A stretch of 64,000 bases of DNA from Octopus sinensis (GCF_006345805.1 NC_043001.1:96472001-96536000), one strand, 5' to 3'. Counted from the first letter of the stretch, positions 42,247 through 56,756 are shown. The notes: generated by a model not told the origin, from the sequence alone. Numbers and translations: made by a program.

Positions 42247-42885
42247 TTGATGACGGCGGAAAAAGAAAATAGAAATGATGAGGAATAAGTAGAAGCTCAA
42301 GAATAAGAATTGGAAGACGATGGCGACGACGACGAAGAAGAATGAGTAGAAGATGAAGGAGAAGAAGAAGACGAAGATTAAGAAGAAGACGAAGAAGATT
42401 AAGAAGAAAACGAAGAAGATGAAGAATGAGAAGGAGAAGAAGAAGAAGATTAAGAAGAAGACGAAGAAGAAGAAGAAGAAGAAGGAGAAGAAAAAGAAGA
42501 CGAAGAAGACGAAGAAGGAATGAAGAAATAGAAGAAGAAGAAGAAGAAGAAAAAGAAAAAGAAGAGGGAAGATAATGAAGAAGACGAAGAAGAAGAAGAA
42601 GAAGAAGAAGAAGAAAAAGACGGAGTAGAAGCAGAAGGAGGAGGAGGAGAAGAAGAAGAAGAAGAAGAAGAAGAAGAAGAAGAAGAAACAAAAGAGTTAA
42701 AAGACAGGCGCCATCTTTTACAGTAACCTGATGGTTATTTATAACCAAGAAACTGAAAACAAAAGAATAAGATGAAGAAAAAAAAAGATGATAAGAAAGA
42801 GGAAGAAAGCAGAAAATAAAGAAGGAGAGAAGGATGAAGAAGAGGAAAACGGCAGCAAAGTGAATGAAAACAAAAATAAACTTTC
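41340..42885. repeat. ~1.5-kb purine-rich compound triplet tract (AAT, GAT, GA, GAA, GAG)
   Basis: The plus strand is overwhelmingly A/G. Plus frames contain stops, and the minus-strand poly-L/S ORFs are by-products. Confidence 0.9.
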
Positions 42886-43269
42886 ATCATTATGAAGCAA
42901 TTTGAAAGAGTATAGCGCTAGAAAAGGGTTTAATAACTAAATCTAAATGCTATTCTCCATGATTTCGTTATTGAATTAAGAATTGAAAGTCATTCTTTAA
43001 ATTCTAGTTTGGTGAATCATGTGTTACTTTTCTTTTCTTTCCAACGCCTTCTGGTGGTAATTTCATTTGAATAATTTATTGTATATGTTTAGTAAACGCA
43101 TTCGAATGTACACACACACAACACATACACATCTACACATATTCACACATACGAAATTTGCATACACGCATATGTACAAACGCAGAAGCACACATATTAG
43201 TGCACATATAAACCTAGTCTGCATGCATACACATATACTCATAAAAGTCCACGGATACATGCCTCTATC

Positions 43270-43359
<90 letters not shown>

Positions 43360-43622
43360 CCCCCTCTCTCTCTCTATGTCTATCTATCTGCCTACCTATG
43401 TATTTATATGTATGTATGTATGTATCTATTTATCTATCTGTGTGTGTATATACACACACACACCGTGAACACACACATGTAAGCATCACACGATATATAC
43501 ACGCATATATGCAAGAACTCTCTGTATGAACTTTACTATCCATTCAAATATTTAGCGTATGTTTGAACACACTTTATCTATTTGTGTGTCTGTGTGTGTG
43601 TGTGTATATGTATATATATATG

Positions 43623-43669
<47 letters not shown>

Positions 43670-45981
43670 GTACGTTTGTATATGTGCGTGATGTATGCTT
43701 ATAAATGTTAGTATTATATCAACACAGTCAGCCGTATCCGTATAACATGAACTTTAACCTTTAACCTGATATTATATATCATATAATATAGCCGAAAGAG
43801 ATATATAACGTTGCCTATGCTAGACGGGATATCACAGAAAGACTCACAATAAGATTAAAGGGACAGATAGTTTCAAATACTGAGAACACTAAAGAAATCT
43901 TGACAGACTATATTAACTTGCGGCGTTACAGTAAATCTCTTATAAGCTTTATGAACAGATATTGAAAGGAGAAGAAAAATATTTGAAACTCATCTTAAAC
44001 AGTACAGTTAAAAAGTCACTACCTTTTAACGAACAAATTTATCAAGACAATAAGACTACAAACACGTATATAGTGATATACGGTTTACGTATATAGCCGA
44101 AACAACGCGAACTATGCCGAACAAGATGATAGAGATTGGTGGTTCGTGTCATCTCGCCAAGAAGTCAACCATTGTTTTGCTTGTGGTTAAACCACAGTTA
44201 AGTGCTGATCAAATGTACCTGCTATCAAAGACGTTCCAGCTTTGACCAACTCGTCTCTTCTCACATAATGCATCTAGAATAATATGTATTATTCAACGAT
44301 ACACATACATAGCAATAAATATTGAAATAATGTAGATGGCTGCAGCAGGCCGAATCGATAAGATGCAGAAACAATAAGATCAGATAGATTGGTGATTTGT
44401 GTCATCTCGTGAAGTAGTTAAGCCGCTTAAATCGTGGTAGTTAAGACTTTATTATTCTTCTCGTTGTTGTTGTTGCTTTTGTTTAACCTCAGGTAATAAC
44501 CTAACAACCACCACAAGGTCCACTCCTTGTTGCGGTGTGATGGTCTTGTGTGCTTCTATGACCCTGAGAGCTACGCCAGTGGCGCACCACTCCTGATTGG
44601 GCTTCTCATGCTGGATAGATGAAATGAAAGTGACCAGATTATTATGGATCATATTTTTCTACAGGTAAAAATCCCCAACCTAGAAAAAATAAAAACAAAA
44701 CAAACAACAAAGTTATAGAATCATCCATGATGCAAAACCATCAAACTCCGGAAGAGAAAGCCTTTTGGTCCGGAATCGAGAACATTGGAGAAAAGTTGTC
44801 CATGGCTCCTGTACCGTAGGGAGCGAAGAGCTCGAGTAAGTAAGCACTGAACAAGCATACCTATTATCAAAGGCGTTCCAACTTTGATCAACACGTCTTG
44901 TTCTGAAATATTGTATTCATTGAGTCTTTCTTGTTTGCTAGATACAATGGCACTGGTTACCGAAATATCGATGGCATTCAAAACCAATAAAATCTGGGAG
45001 AGGCCTCAGGGTCTTGAAGATTGAAGAAAAGTTGTAGATGGCTTCTGCTCTGTTGGAAGAGAAGGGATTAAATAAATAAAATATATAAGTAAGCACTTGA
45101 CAAGCATACCTATCATTAAGAGCGTCCCAGCCTTGACCAATCAGTCTTATTTCTAACATATTGCATCAAGGGTAACATATATTATTCATTAATTCCTTCT
45201 TGTTTTTAAGATATTAAGACACTGATTCTTAAGCTTTTACATTTCGTGGCCATTTGGAGTTCAATGAACACTTGCTCAAGGTGCCACGCAGTGGGACTGA
45301 ACCCGGAAGTATATTGTTGGGAGGCAAGCTTCTTCCACACAGCCACTCCTGTACCTGTATAAATTTAATCCTTTTTTTTTGTATTTGAGTGCAGTAATTC
45401 TTTCAGAACCTATTTATTTTGATTGTATATTTATGATTTTGTCAGTTCCTGAAGTTCTTTGAGATTAAGGATTTCTATATTGCTTTTCTCGATCCAGAAA
45501 GAAAGAAGAGATTTAAGGGAAAAATCCACATGGGTACCCATTTTGGGGTTGTATTCTAATCCTCTTTGAGCGGTGTTTTCTATGAATGATTTTTCGAGAA
45601 ATATTTTTCGAAGTGGGCAGTTTGCTGTCGGTGTGTGTGTAAGTTACCTTACGTCGTTGTTATGATGTATCATTGGCGAAGAAATTGTCAGAGTTAATGG
45701 TGCAGCTAATGACTTCCTATGGTGCTTTTAATGTTCTTTTGTTGTTTTTGCTGGATACAAATGTTGGCAAAATGTTTCCTTTTTCTATATTTTTCATCAT
45801 TACTTTCTTACTTCGTTAATTGGTGCCGGTTTTATTTCTGTTGTGTGTGATGATTGCGTATTTTGTTTGATGTTGTCACTGATTTTGATCAGGCTGGTTA
45901 TTTAATTAGGTCGTATCTTTTTATATTCTTTTGCGGGATATGATTTCTTTTTGTGGCGGTGGAAATCGGAATACAATTATT

Positions 45982-46212
45982 TATTTCTTTATTGCCCACA
46001 AAGGGTTAAACATAGAGAGGACAAACAAGGAGAGACAAAGAGATTAAGTCAATTACATCGACCCCAGTGCGTAACTGGTACTTATTTAATTGATCCCGAA
46101 AGAATAAAAGGGAAAGTTGATCTTGTCGGAATTTGAACTCAGAACGTAACGGCAGACGAAATACCGCTAAGCATTTCGCCCGGCGTCCCAACGATTCTGC
46201 CAGCTCGCCGCC
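45982..46212 (-). mobile_element. SINE family A copy with 16-bp TSD
   Basis: TSD tcggaatacaattatt at 45966-45981 and 46215-46230. Confidence 0.9.
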
Positions 46213-48421
46213 GTTCGGAATACAATTATTGTAGTACTTATCTTAGTCGAGTCTGGTGTTATTTAATTCTCGGAACCTTCTGTTTCCAGTAAAAGTGGAT
46301 CTACCTCTGAGATTTTTTGAATGTATGAGATGTTACGAAGATAATAAGTAGACAGTCGAAGCAAAGTTGGGATATTTTTAACCAAGGCAGTGCTCGGTGC
46401 TCGAACATGGCCGCAGTCAAATGACATAAACAAGTAAAAGAGTAAGTCGCTCGATGTATTGATCAATTGGTAATGTCTAGCAAAGAGGGTAATGTTGATA
46501 GCTTGATAGCACTGTGCTGATTTGGGTTGTTTAATTTAGATGCTATTGTGTAATTTCTTGGGTTTTAGCATTTGTCAGAAAGGTTAGAGTCTTAGGTATA
46601 GCAAAAAATATACAATAAGATACTGAGCTAACCCAAACACTACTCCGTGTGGGGACCGGCTTCTCAAAGACTAAACCTAACGTTTCCTCTGCGTGTCGTA
46701 ACAGGCGACTAAGTGAGGTTGAGGTCGGATTTGCTTTCTGACCTCGTAAAATATACACCAGTAACGAGTTCCCAAACCGACCACGGGTTGGCAGATTGTC
46801 GACTGGGTGGTGCAGAGACCTCACGCGCTAAGATTATTAGGGAATCCCCAACAAATGGATGCAGCGACGCGCTGTTACAGCTCGTGTTCCCATATTACTA
46901 CTATCACTAACCCAAACAATGGATGATTCACGCCATTCGTTATTAAAAAACGAGAATGTTTTTGAAGGAAGAGCACCTCAACTCTCACTTGTGAATTTCT
47001 CTGTTACTTGTAAGGTTTTGTGTGCTCCTACTACATTCGTTTTTCACTAGTAAGGGACCCACTTCCATCAAGATACAACAATATTGTATTTGTAACAAGC
47101 TGTGTTCAAAATATGAAGGTTCACCTCGGTGATATTTATATGTTACGTTTTAGGTAGAGTTTGTAACCTGGTGGAAAGCTTCTTATTGTTGCTCTTTTTG
47201 TTTGCCCATATCAATAGGTCCATGATATCAAAGTTACCCCAGCCATGACCACTCCATCTCTTAATATGTACAGGAAATTATCAAGACAATGGGCGCGATT
47301 TTAAGAGGATCTGGTTGCTATTTTTTGCAGGTCGAGCAACGTTGTATACCCCCAAACTTCCCACCTAGTTAATTCAATTTGAGACGTTTGGTTAGGCTGA
47401 AAGCTAAATCTGTTATCTATTACGTTAAGCTTGTTGTTATTCTCAGGTCAACCCTGTTAGAAGAGACTTATAATAAAAGACGTTCCAGCCATAGCTATCA
47501 TGTTATTTGTATATCAGTGATTCATTATTCTATATACCCATATCTTCTTAGGATGGTAGGATGTGACTTGAGAGAAATGCGGTTCCTATTTCAAGCAGGT
47601 CACGGTGCTAGAAATAGTAGGCTGTTATTTCTAGCACATCGTAAAGGCTTCCCTGTCATGTTTTTCGTATTGTCATTTATTTAACCATATCGTTACCTTA
47701 TTTCTTTTGAGTACTCTGCCTTTGTTTAAATTGAATTTCAAAACAAAAAATAGCAGTATTTCAGTTGAGCTGGTGTTAAGGTGGCGAACTGGAAACTCGA
47801 TGGAGTATTGGAAGAATGCTTTGCAGTATTTGTTCCGGCTCTAAACATTCTCAGTTCAAACTCCACCGAAGTTAACCTTGTTTCTTTCCTTCACCCGGAG
47901 CTGCTAAAAAAAATATGTTCAGAACTGGAATCAATGGTTATCCATTAATTTTCGATCTCCTAAATTGCTGGCCATATGGAAAAATATAGTGTTTGGAGCA
48001 TAAATTAACGGGAGATTTTAATGAAAGTTTATAATTTAGATCAGTTTAAAACAGAAAGTTTGTATCATAAACACAATGGTGGTCTCATGCGGGTTGGTAT
48101 CAAAGCAGTTAATCACTTTTCTAGCAGGCTGTCTCTTATTAACGTCTATATGCTGTTTGTAGTATCTCTGTACTAGATAACGTATTTTATGTATGTTATG
48201 ACGAATATAAAATGGTTTGGCCTGTTTTTTTCTTCTTATCAGTATTACCTTTGGGATTCAAGTTCTGTGTTGAACATATCGTTTCACCTCTGTGTCACGT
48301 CTGATATAACAGAAACAGAATTATGAATACATTCTAATTCTTATAAACTTGCTTGAAGCTGTTAATCTCGCATGATTGTATGCCTAGACTTTTGTTGGTT
48401 TAAGTGGTGTACAGTGGCTGA

Positions 48422-49087
48422 TGTAATGTCTAGTCACCTCAGGACGGCTTTAACACGAGACTCGCGCTCAGTTTCGGCTTACAGCATGGGATCCTGTCTG
48501 ATTCTACGTAAGGCTAGTGAGAGAAGTAATCCTTATAATAAACCAAAAGTGAGACCCTCGAGGCGGTCTGATGTTCGGTTTCACACTTTTCTAGCAACTC
48601 ATTCTTCTGCATTCTGTTTGACTAAACAAACGAGACCGAGAAAGGGAAATAGCGTCTGGGTTCCTTAGGTCCTCTGCATTCCTGTGCGCCACAGACAAAA
48701 CTAGGGAGTAAAACTTGTAATAAGTCCGGTGAAGAGTCCCTAAATCTAGGAGGTGTGGATTGTGCTCGGAAGAAATTTTGTCTGTGATGAAGGATAATAG
48801 AGGTACTTCAGATTTTTGATGATTTGTCTTGTCTTTATTATTGTGTAAATGCGTTGTTCGGGTTGCATTTACCTATCGAAGTGATTCTGTTTTTTTTTTA
48901 TTCTGAGCTGTCTCTGATTTTTTCCATGCTACATTCTTTAACTGCATTATGTTATGCTGTTCAATCCCTTGAATTTTCTGTGGCAGTTAGTTTTCCACAA
49001 ATAGGCGTTCCAGTTGTGATAACCCAGTATTATTTTCTGAATTATTATATTTTGTTATTCAGTAAATTCATAAATTTTAACGTTACA
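48422..49087. mobile_element. Candidate solo LTR
   Basis: Begins tgtaatgt and ends acgttaca (8-bp terminal inverted repeat, 1 mismatch, TG...CA), with an internal tataataaa. No matching 4-5 bp TSD. Confidence 0.35.
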
Positions 49088-52021
49088 TGATGAAGTTTCA
49101 AGGCAATCTGGCTGCTATTTCTATTAACTCAAACAATCATGTTGTGGCCATCTCGTAGACTCTGAGACATCTTTATTTTTAAATATAGTGTTTTGGAGAT
49201 TTTATTTTCTAATGTGTCTTTGAGAGATACGAATTGAGAGATTTGGCTGCTATTTCTAGTGGATCTAGCTATAGGATTGGCTTGCTAGTTCATCGTTGTA
49301 AATAGCGAAAGAACTAAAATCGACGAGTGATTATTCAACGTTTAAGATTATTCCTAGCTATGGGCAAGTAACTTCAGTATCCTGTTAAGTGCCTTGCAAA
49401 AGCATGAAAGTCCTTACGGAACATTCGGTGCAGAATCCCAAAAGCAATTTTATCATTTCGGCAATTATTGCTGCCAAACGTTTATCAAATATCTTGCGTT
49501 CACAATAATTTGTAACTCCCTAATGAGATACCGAGGAGTGTATTGATGTCTGTGAATCCTTCGTATGTTGACATATATCGCATCCTTAAATACGAACATA
49601 CAAAATCAAATGAATATATGCATAAACACATTTGTAAAAACACAAGTAGCTTTGTCATTTTTTGAATGGCGACGATGACAGTGAGATATCGATAATTAAA
49701 TAATATTTGGAAATATGAGAGGAAATATTGATATTATATTGACAAGTGTGAATGTTTGAGATGACAATGAATATTTGCAAAAATTTTGACGTCTGATGGT
49801 GTTTATAGCATTAAGCCATTGTCCGAAATTTCTTCCATTCCACTTCACTTACGAATAAATCTACCAAGTCTAGCGGCACAAACCAAACACCTTCAGCAAT
49901 TTGTTATCTTACTTACATGCTTACATACACATGAATGCTCAAACATACACATACGTACAACTTGGAGTCTAAGTACTTCTCATACAGGCGTGTACTGTAC
50001 ACGTCTATGTTTTTGCGTGACATCGTAAGCAAACAATAATACAAAATCTACACACTCACACACACACACATACACACACGTACACACACACAGAGGCAAT
50101 CCTGCATGCATGTAAATACATTATCACTTTAAGATTGCGTTACAATTTAAGTGGTCCTGACATGAGACGAATGTAGACTTCAATTAAACAATTATCACAC
50201 ATTAGGAACGAACACAAGTCGTTTATTTCTCTTCTTCCATTATCTCCACTCAAAGATGTTTTTATTATGATTATTGCTTTGGGAAATATGGCAAGAAGCT
50301 TAAAGCACAGTACAGTGGTAGCAAGATGTCACAGTAAGTCACACAGAATCTCTACCAAAATGTGTGTCTCCCTGCAATCTGATTTGATGCCAGTCTACCA
50401 ATACATAGTACAGTGTGTTACTGGAGTCAATGACAGAACAATGGGAAACCAGTCGTACAAGTCGAAAGGTCAAATGACTTATTTCCACCCACAACATAAC
50501 CACCAGAGAATGGGTATGGAATATTTGAGTATTGGTTGCAGCTGAAGAACTTTTGTGGCATTCCTGAAGGGTTCGGCTTCGTGCAATGACAGAAAATGTA
50601 AGTAGTACTAGAAAGCCTAATTACCAAAGTATTTTTTTGGTGGAACAAGATTGAAACCTTCAATTTCAAGCCCAGGCCTACTTCATCCGTTAGCAGTCTT
50701 CCTTTGTCTACTTCCATTCAGTCTAGCCTTTGCAGTTATTCTATGGCCTGTTTTTCGTCTAGCTTTTTAGCCTTTCTCGTGATTATTGTTATCGTTTCTC
50801 CCTAACTATCAGACATTTCAGCGTTATCATTTTATTCGAAGATAGAATACAGAACGAGGACTTCTATGCTTATTCGTTACGCATACCCGCAGTTTCAAAC
50901 GTGAATATGCTAGTCGCTGTTGTGTTTCTTCATAGGAGAACTTCTCCTTCGAGACAAATACGTGTTTATAACAGGTCAGTTCATTAGCGTAAGAGGACTC
51001 TAGGATGCCCAGTGTTTCGGAGTCGTTGGGTTTCGTCAGTCGAAGACTTCCCGGAGTAAGGAATTATCCAAAACTTAGTGGCTCTTGTTTATAACTTCAG
51101 CAAATAAATAATTTGCCGATGCGTTCTGTATGAACAACAGAATAAACGTTGTGAATAAGTCACCTTGTTTTTGATCCACTGAACCCGTTTAAGTTTTATT
51201 TTGTAAATAACAAAAATCAGAGGAAGGACAATGCCTATGGATCATTTAAGGGTCTCTGTCTTCGGAGGGATCAGGTGAAGTTATCTTTAGATTGAAGACC
51301 TGGCCAACTGAGGGAGATTTGTTTGTTATTTCTAGCAACAATGCCGACTTCCTGCCGACACAGAATAAATCGTCACATGCACGGTGAATAACGAGAATCA
51401 TAACGATGTCTTGCATAAGACAGAGGGTTTATATTTTGCATTTCATAGCTCTTGATATCAAGCTCCTAGTCTGTACACAGATCTGTGAAATAATTAACTA
51501 CATACACTATATTTGAATGACTTCATATCTAGTTGATCGTAATAATTTATGACACAATACATGTGATAAATGGACGTAGGTGAAAGAGAAATGATACAAT
51601 GGTACATCTATTTCAACATTCAGATCGTTGGATTCTCGAACACAGCTGTATATCAAAGTATGATATAAAATCACGGAGAGGAATTTCAAATCTTCAGATC
51701 TTCAAATCTTCAAATCTTCAATACTTGTTGCTGTAACTGAATATCATATTGCTGTAATTGAAGCTCAGCATTGTGTGGTGATACTTAATTTGAAGAGACT
51801 GTGAGCAGGGGTAACAGAAATTGCCAAATAGAAAAATGCCGAAAATGACGACGACGACGATGATGATGATGATGTTGACGACGACGATGATGATGATGAT
51901 GAAGGTGCCGATGAGGATAATAGCAATGACAAAGTGAATGACAGTCATCCGTCAGCTTTAGGTGGTGGATCAATTGATATAACCCGTGACGTAAACGACG
52001 TCCACTATGCTATGCTGCTGG

Positions 52022-52067
<46 letters not shown>

Positions 52068-52791
52068 ATTGTTGGTAATCTCTTTAGGTTTGGTTGTGAA
52101 AATGACGTTTAATGAAAATATCAACGACGACGATGACAACGCTTTGCTTGAACTCTATTCTCACTTTTGAAAAGAATACGAAATGTTCAGCTGATCATAG
52201 CCAAACTGAGTTTAGTTGCGTACCTAAATAATATATTTCGAAAATTATTACTAAAGATATACAATGACAACAACAACATCAATGACCCATATGTCGTAAG
52301 AGCATGACCTTACCATAAACGACTAAAACAAAAGCAGCTTTTCTATGAATATTCCTGAACACATTAACGTATCTTTAAGTTAGATATTCACAATGGATCC
52401 CTTCAAAGTGAAAGAGCAAGACCGGTTTGAGTTTGCCTAAATTAAGTGTTAGTTTTTCTTCCTTTTAAAAGAAACAAAAGGGATTAGTCTTAGAGTATGC
52501 CAGCTGAATTTGAAGAAAGCTTTGGGGGCCAGAAATGGTTACAGAAATTCTAAGATCTAGTGTTCTACATTAGAAACTTGTCAGTCTGTATTTAATGTAG
52601 AAACCGCAGTTTTAATTCCACCTCTATTATACCGCCTTTGCAGATTCAGATAGAGATAGAGAGAACGTTCTAACTTCTTAGCAACAATGTCGAGGACATT
52701 GATGATGATAATGATGATGATGAAGATGATGATGATGATGATGTTACTTTTGTTCTTAATCCCAGGTAGGCCGTAATCAAGCACACGTATA

Positions 52792-53265
52792 CCTAAATCC
52801 TCGAGTATAGTCCGCTCTTGAGTATAATACGCAGGGGATTTTTAGGGGGCTGTACCTCTGAAAAACTTAAACCTTGTGTATAATACGCACCTCTTTTCTA
52901 ACTTGAGTCAAGGAGGTCTATATAACGTCCTTGGTTTGTAAAAATGTATACGGTAACGTACCTTATTATTATTGTATATATAACATAATGCAAATGTGTA
53001 GCATTTTCGTGCATTTTGTTTGCAGAAACTAAAGAAATAACAGTAATAACATTTAATAAATGTTGCATACTGCAAGTTATGGATGATTCTTTTATGACTC
53101 CATTGCTTTCAGGCTTAGCTTAAGGTATTTTCGGGCCTGACATCACAAAATGGTGAACATTCCTAAGAAAATATTTTTCATTTTTAACCTTGTATACAGT
53201 ACGCACTAAGAATTTTGGCCATTAAATTTTGGGAAAAAAATGCGGATTATACTCGAGGATTTACG
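52792..53265. mobile_element. Tc1/mariner (pogo/Tigger-like) MITE
   Basis: TIRs cctaaatcctcgagtatagtccgc / gcggattatactcgaggatttacg. TA on the left flank, no ORF. Confidence 0.75.
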
Positions 53266-54967
53266 ATAATCAAAGACATTACTGCTTACGCCATCCAATC
53301 CTTTTTCGACTTCTTGCCCCGTTTTAAAGAAGTATGTAATTTCAGAGTGATTCGGCTGCTATTTCTCGCAGTTTGAGTGAACAAGTAAGGGTTACCCCGT
53401 TCACCCGATGTTAGTTTTGTGGTTCATGTTCTTGTTGTTTAACTTCATGTTGGCCCTAATTAAACAGATATGCAATAAAAAAAAAAACATTTCAGTCATA
53501 ACCACTGCATTTCAGAGATTACATTATCCTTTGTAATTTTCCAATATTAAGATATGTGTAATTTTAGGGTATTTTGGCTGATATTTCTTGCAGACAAAGC
53601 GAACACGTAGATGCTCCATTGTTTTTCGACATAAATGACATTGTTGTTTAAACCCAAGTCAGCCCTGACTGAGCTGACCATTGTCTAAACAGAATCCAAG
53701 TTCACGTTGTGACCATGCCAACATATTCCTCCAATGAATCATTTTAATTTTTAAAGGGATCAGTCAGCGGAAGTGGGTCGGTATCTGTGACCCCTTTAAG
53801 GGTCTCCATGCTTGGAGGGAGGAAGGGAAGAATTTATCCTCAGATTGGAGACCTAACCAACTGAGAGAGATTTGATTGCCATTTCTAGCAACAATGTTGA
53901 CTACGTCAGCACACTCATGAATCAAGTAGTATTAATTAAACCGGCAACGGATTATGTGTCTCTGGCAAGAACAGGGCCCTTCCTTCTGACAGGCTGCATG
54001 GCACTGGTATCGAACCCGAGATTATGTTCTCATGAAGAGAATATTTTAATCACCGAGACATACTCGTACCTCAAGACAGTAAAGTGTAATTTGAAGGTGA
54101 CTTGGTTGCATTTCTAGCAGTTAAAATGAGCGCATAGAGGCGTTGTTCTTCATGCTGAGACGCGTTACTTGGAAACAAAATATTCCTTGACAGAAAGTTT
54201 ACAATATTGATTATTTAATAAAAATGAAGAATATAAGTTGAAGTATTTTAATACTTTTGGTTAACCCTTGATATGAAAAGTTTATATAGGTTGTGTTAGT
54301 TTGTTTACTTCATGTTTAGTTTGAAAGGATGTGCAGCAAAGCTTGAATCTGGTGATTTGTCTTACATGCGCAGCGAACTTGTTAGTTTAATGCGGACAGT
54401 TTTCATGTGAGTTGACTCACAGCAGGGCAGTAACTGCCGGCAATTGGCCGATAACTGGACGCATATTTTTTTTTTCTAGGAGATTTATGTTAGTTTTCTA
54501 AGCTACACCAGTGAGAAGCAAGAAGCGGAAGAAATCCGATTTTCCTCAACCGCTCATATTTCGAGACACTTCGTCGCCATAGACGAATTTCGGTGACAAT
54601 GTAAATTCATAAAAATAAATTCTTTTGTCAAATGAAGTTTGGTTCTTTACGTGATAACGGCGTATTTTAAATATCTGTCGTAGCTACGATAACTTTATCA
54701 TCGTAAACAACAGGTTTAAGATTCAGCAGGAAGGAGAAAAATTAGAGAAACACACACATAAATTTACTGACCGACATAACTGTATACTTAGTCCGTATAA
54801 TTATTTATTTATAAGCTACGGTGCAGTGGTACCTCAGTAATTATTGTCGGGTCGAGTCTTGTACCATTATGTAAACGAGGTTATGAAAATCATCGCAAGC
54901 TACTTTTACATTATAACTTTCATCTACTGTTACCGGTAGTTTGGAGGTGAGGCTGACGGAATCTGAG

Positions 54968-55017
<50 letters not shown>

Positions 55018-55018
55018 C

Positions 55019-55059
<41 letters not shown>

Positions 55060-55551
55060 CATAATCATAATAATAATCATAATAATAAACCGGTCAGTTA
55101 GATTCTCATTCCATGTTGCCGAAAAACACCTCCTGGGCCTAGTTACAGTGCGAGTCTAAATACATAGTACCATGGGCTAGTATGTCTATTTAATCATAAT
55201 CGACAATATAATCGTAATTATTTCTAACAAAAATACAAAACGCTAACGATTCTTCCAGGTCATCTCCTTAAATATGTGCTAGCATTGGCTTTTGATTTGG
55301 CAGCAATTTTGAAGGAAAGATTTTAGTCAATATCATCCACCAAAATATTTGGCAGGTACTTTACTTTATTAACAGGGACAAGGCCTAAACTTTTGGGGAG
55401 CAAAATAATCGAATACAACGATTGTAATACTTGACCAGTACTGTATTTTACTCCCCTTGAATGGATGACCTTGGTAAGATCTGAACTTAGAAAGTTAAAA
55501 AGCGGGATAAATTCCGCCTGGCTTTTTTCTAAATAAGCAAAGCATCTTCTT

Positions 55552-56140
55552 CGACGATCAAACGATTCTGGCTACCCGCCCCTTCCGCTCTGTAATCGTT
55601 TCTAACACAGGTTCAAGGCTCGAAATATCGTAGGAGACGGAATAGTCAATAACACCGAGGCTAGTACATGACTGGCTCTATATTTCATCAACCTCTGAAC
55701 GATAAAAAGGAAAGCTCACCACAGCGGGATTTAACAGCAATAATTTTCTCCGACGATCAAACGATTCTGGCTACCCGCGGCTTCCGCTCTGTAATCGTTT
55801 CTAACACGGGCGCAAGGCTCGAAATATCGTAGGAGACGGAATAGTCAATAACACCGAGGCTAGTACATGACTGGCTCTATATTTCATTAACCTCTGAACG
55901 ATAAAAAGCAAAGCTCACCACAGCGGGATTTAAAAGCAATAATTTTCTCCGGCGATCAAATGATTCTGGCTACCCGCCCCTTCCGCTCTGTAATCATTTG
56001 TAACACAGGTTCAAGGCTCGAAATATCGTAGGAGACGGAATAGTCAATAACACCGAGGCTAGTACATGGCTGGCTCTATATTTCATCAACCTCTGAAGGA
56101 TAAAAAGCAAAGCTCACCACAGCGGGATTTGAAAGCAATA
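55552..56140. repeat. 3 x 199-bp tandem repeat derived from an old SINE-A-like sequence
   Basis: The unit start c(g/g)(a/g)cgatcaaa.gattctggc recurs at 55552, 55751 and 55950. The unit aligns by eye to the reverse SINE-A skeleton (aacgattctg.c...cc; caaggc.cgaaa; gaa.gataaa.gcaaag). Confidence 0.85.
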
Positions 56141-56712
56141 ATAATAAATATGATAATAAAAAATAATGAAGTGTTAAAAAAAGGAAAAAAAAAAGAGTAA
56201 CGTGAAGTAAAGCATACAGAGTTGGGATAATAACTTTAAAGATTGCATAAAAGAAGAATAAAGGGGAAAATGAACGTTGTTTCGATATAATGTAAAAATA
56301 ATGGTTATTATGGGAAAACATTGATAATAGAGAAATAATGGAAGCTGCTTCCTGTGGGATATACTATGAAAAATGGTGTCAAATAATTTGAACGGGAATT
56401 TATAGCAAATTATTTCCATATTACTTTTGTATCCCTTTAGCCATTATTGAATATCAAAAGTTGTTGGTAAGAACAAAGATATGTGTGTGTACGTACGTGA
56501 TATATATATATATATATATATCTTTGTTTTATATGTGTATATATATATTTATAGGAAATACGCACACACATATGTACATGTGTCCGTGTGTGTACGTGTG
56601 TGTGCGTATATGCATGTTTACATGCGTTTGTATGTGTGTGAGGTATATATATATGTATGTGTTTTACAGAAATATATTTATAAAGATGAGCATACATAAA
56701 AATGCACACACA

Positions 56713-56756
<44 letters not shown>

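Noticed and set aside
42179-42748. 189-aa poly-Leu/Ser ORF on the minus strand
   Set aside because: It is the antisense by-product of the (GAA/GAG)n tract.
50270-50720. Codon-like, higher-complexity stretch as an exon
   Set aside because: The most protein-like frame has many stops and I could not assign a family. It is probably an old TE remnant.
55552-56140. Regular direct repeats as a CRISPR-like array
   Set aside because: Whole 199-bp units are duplicated with no unique spacers, the context is eukaryotic, and the unit is SINE-derived.
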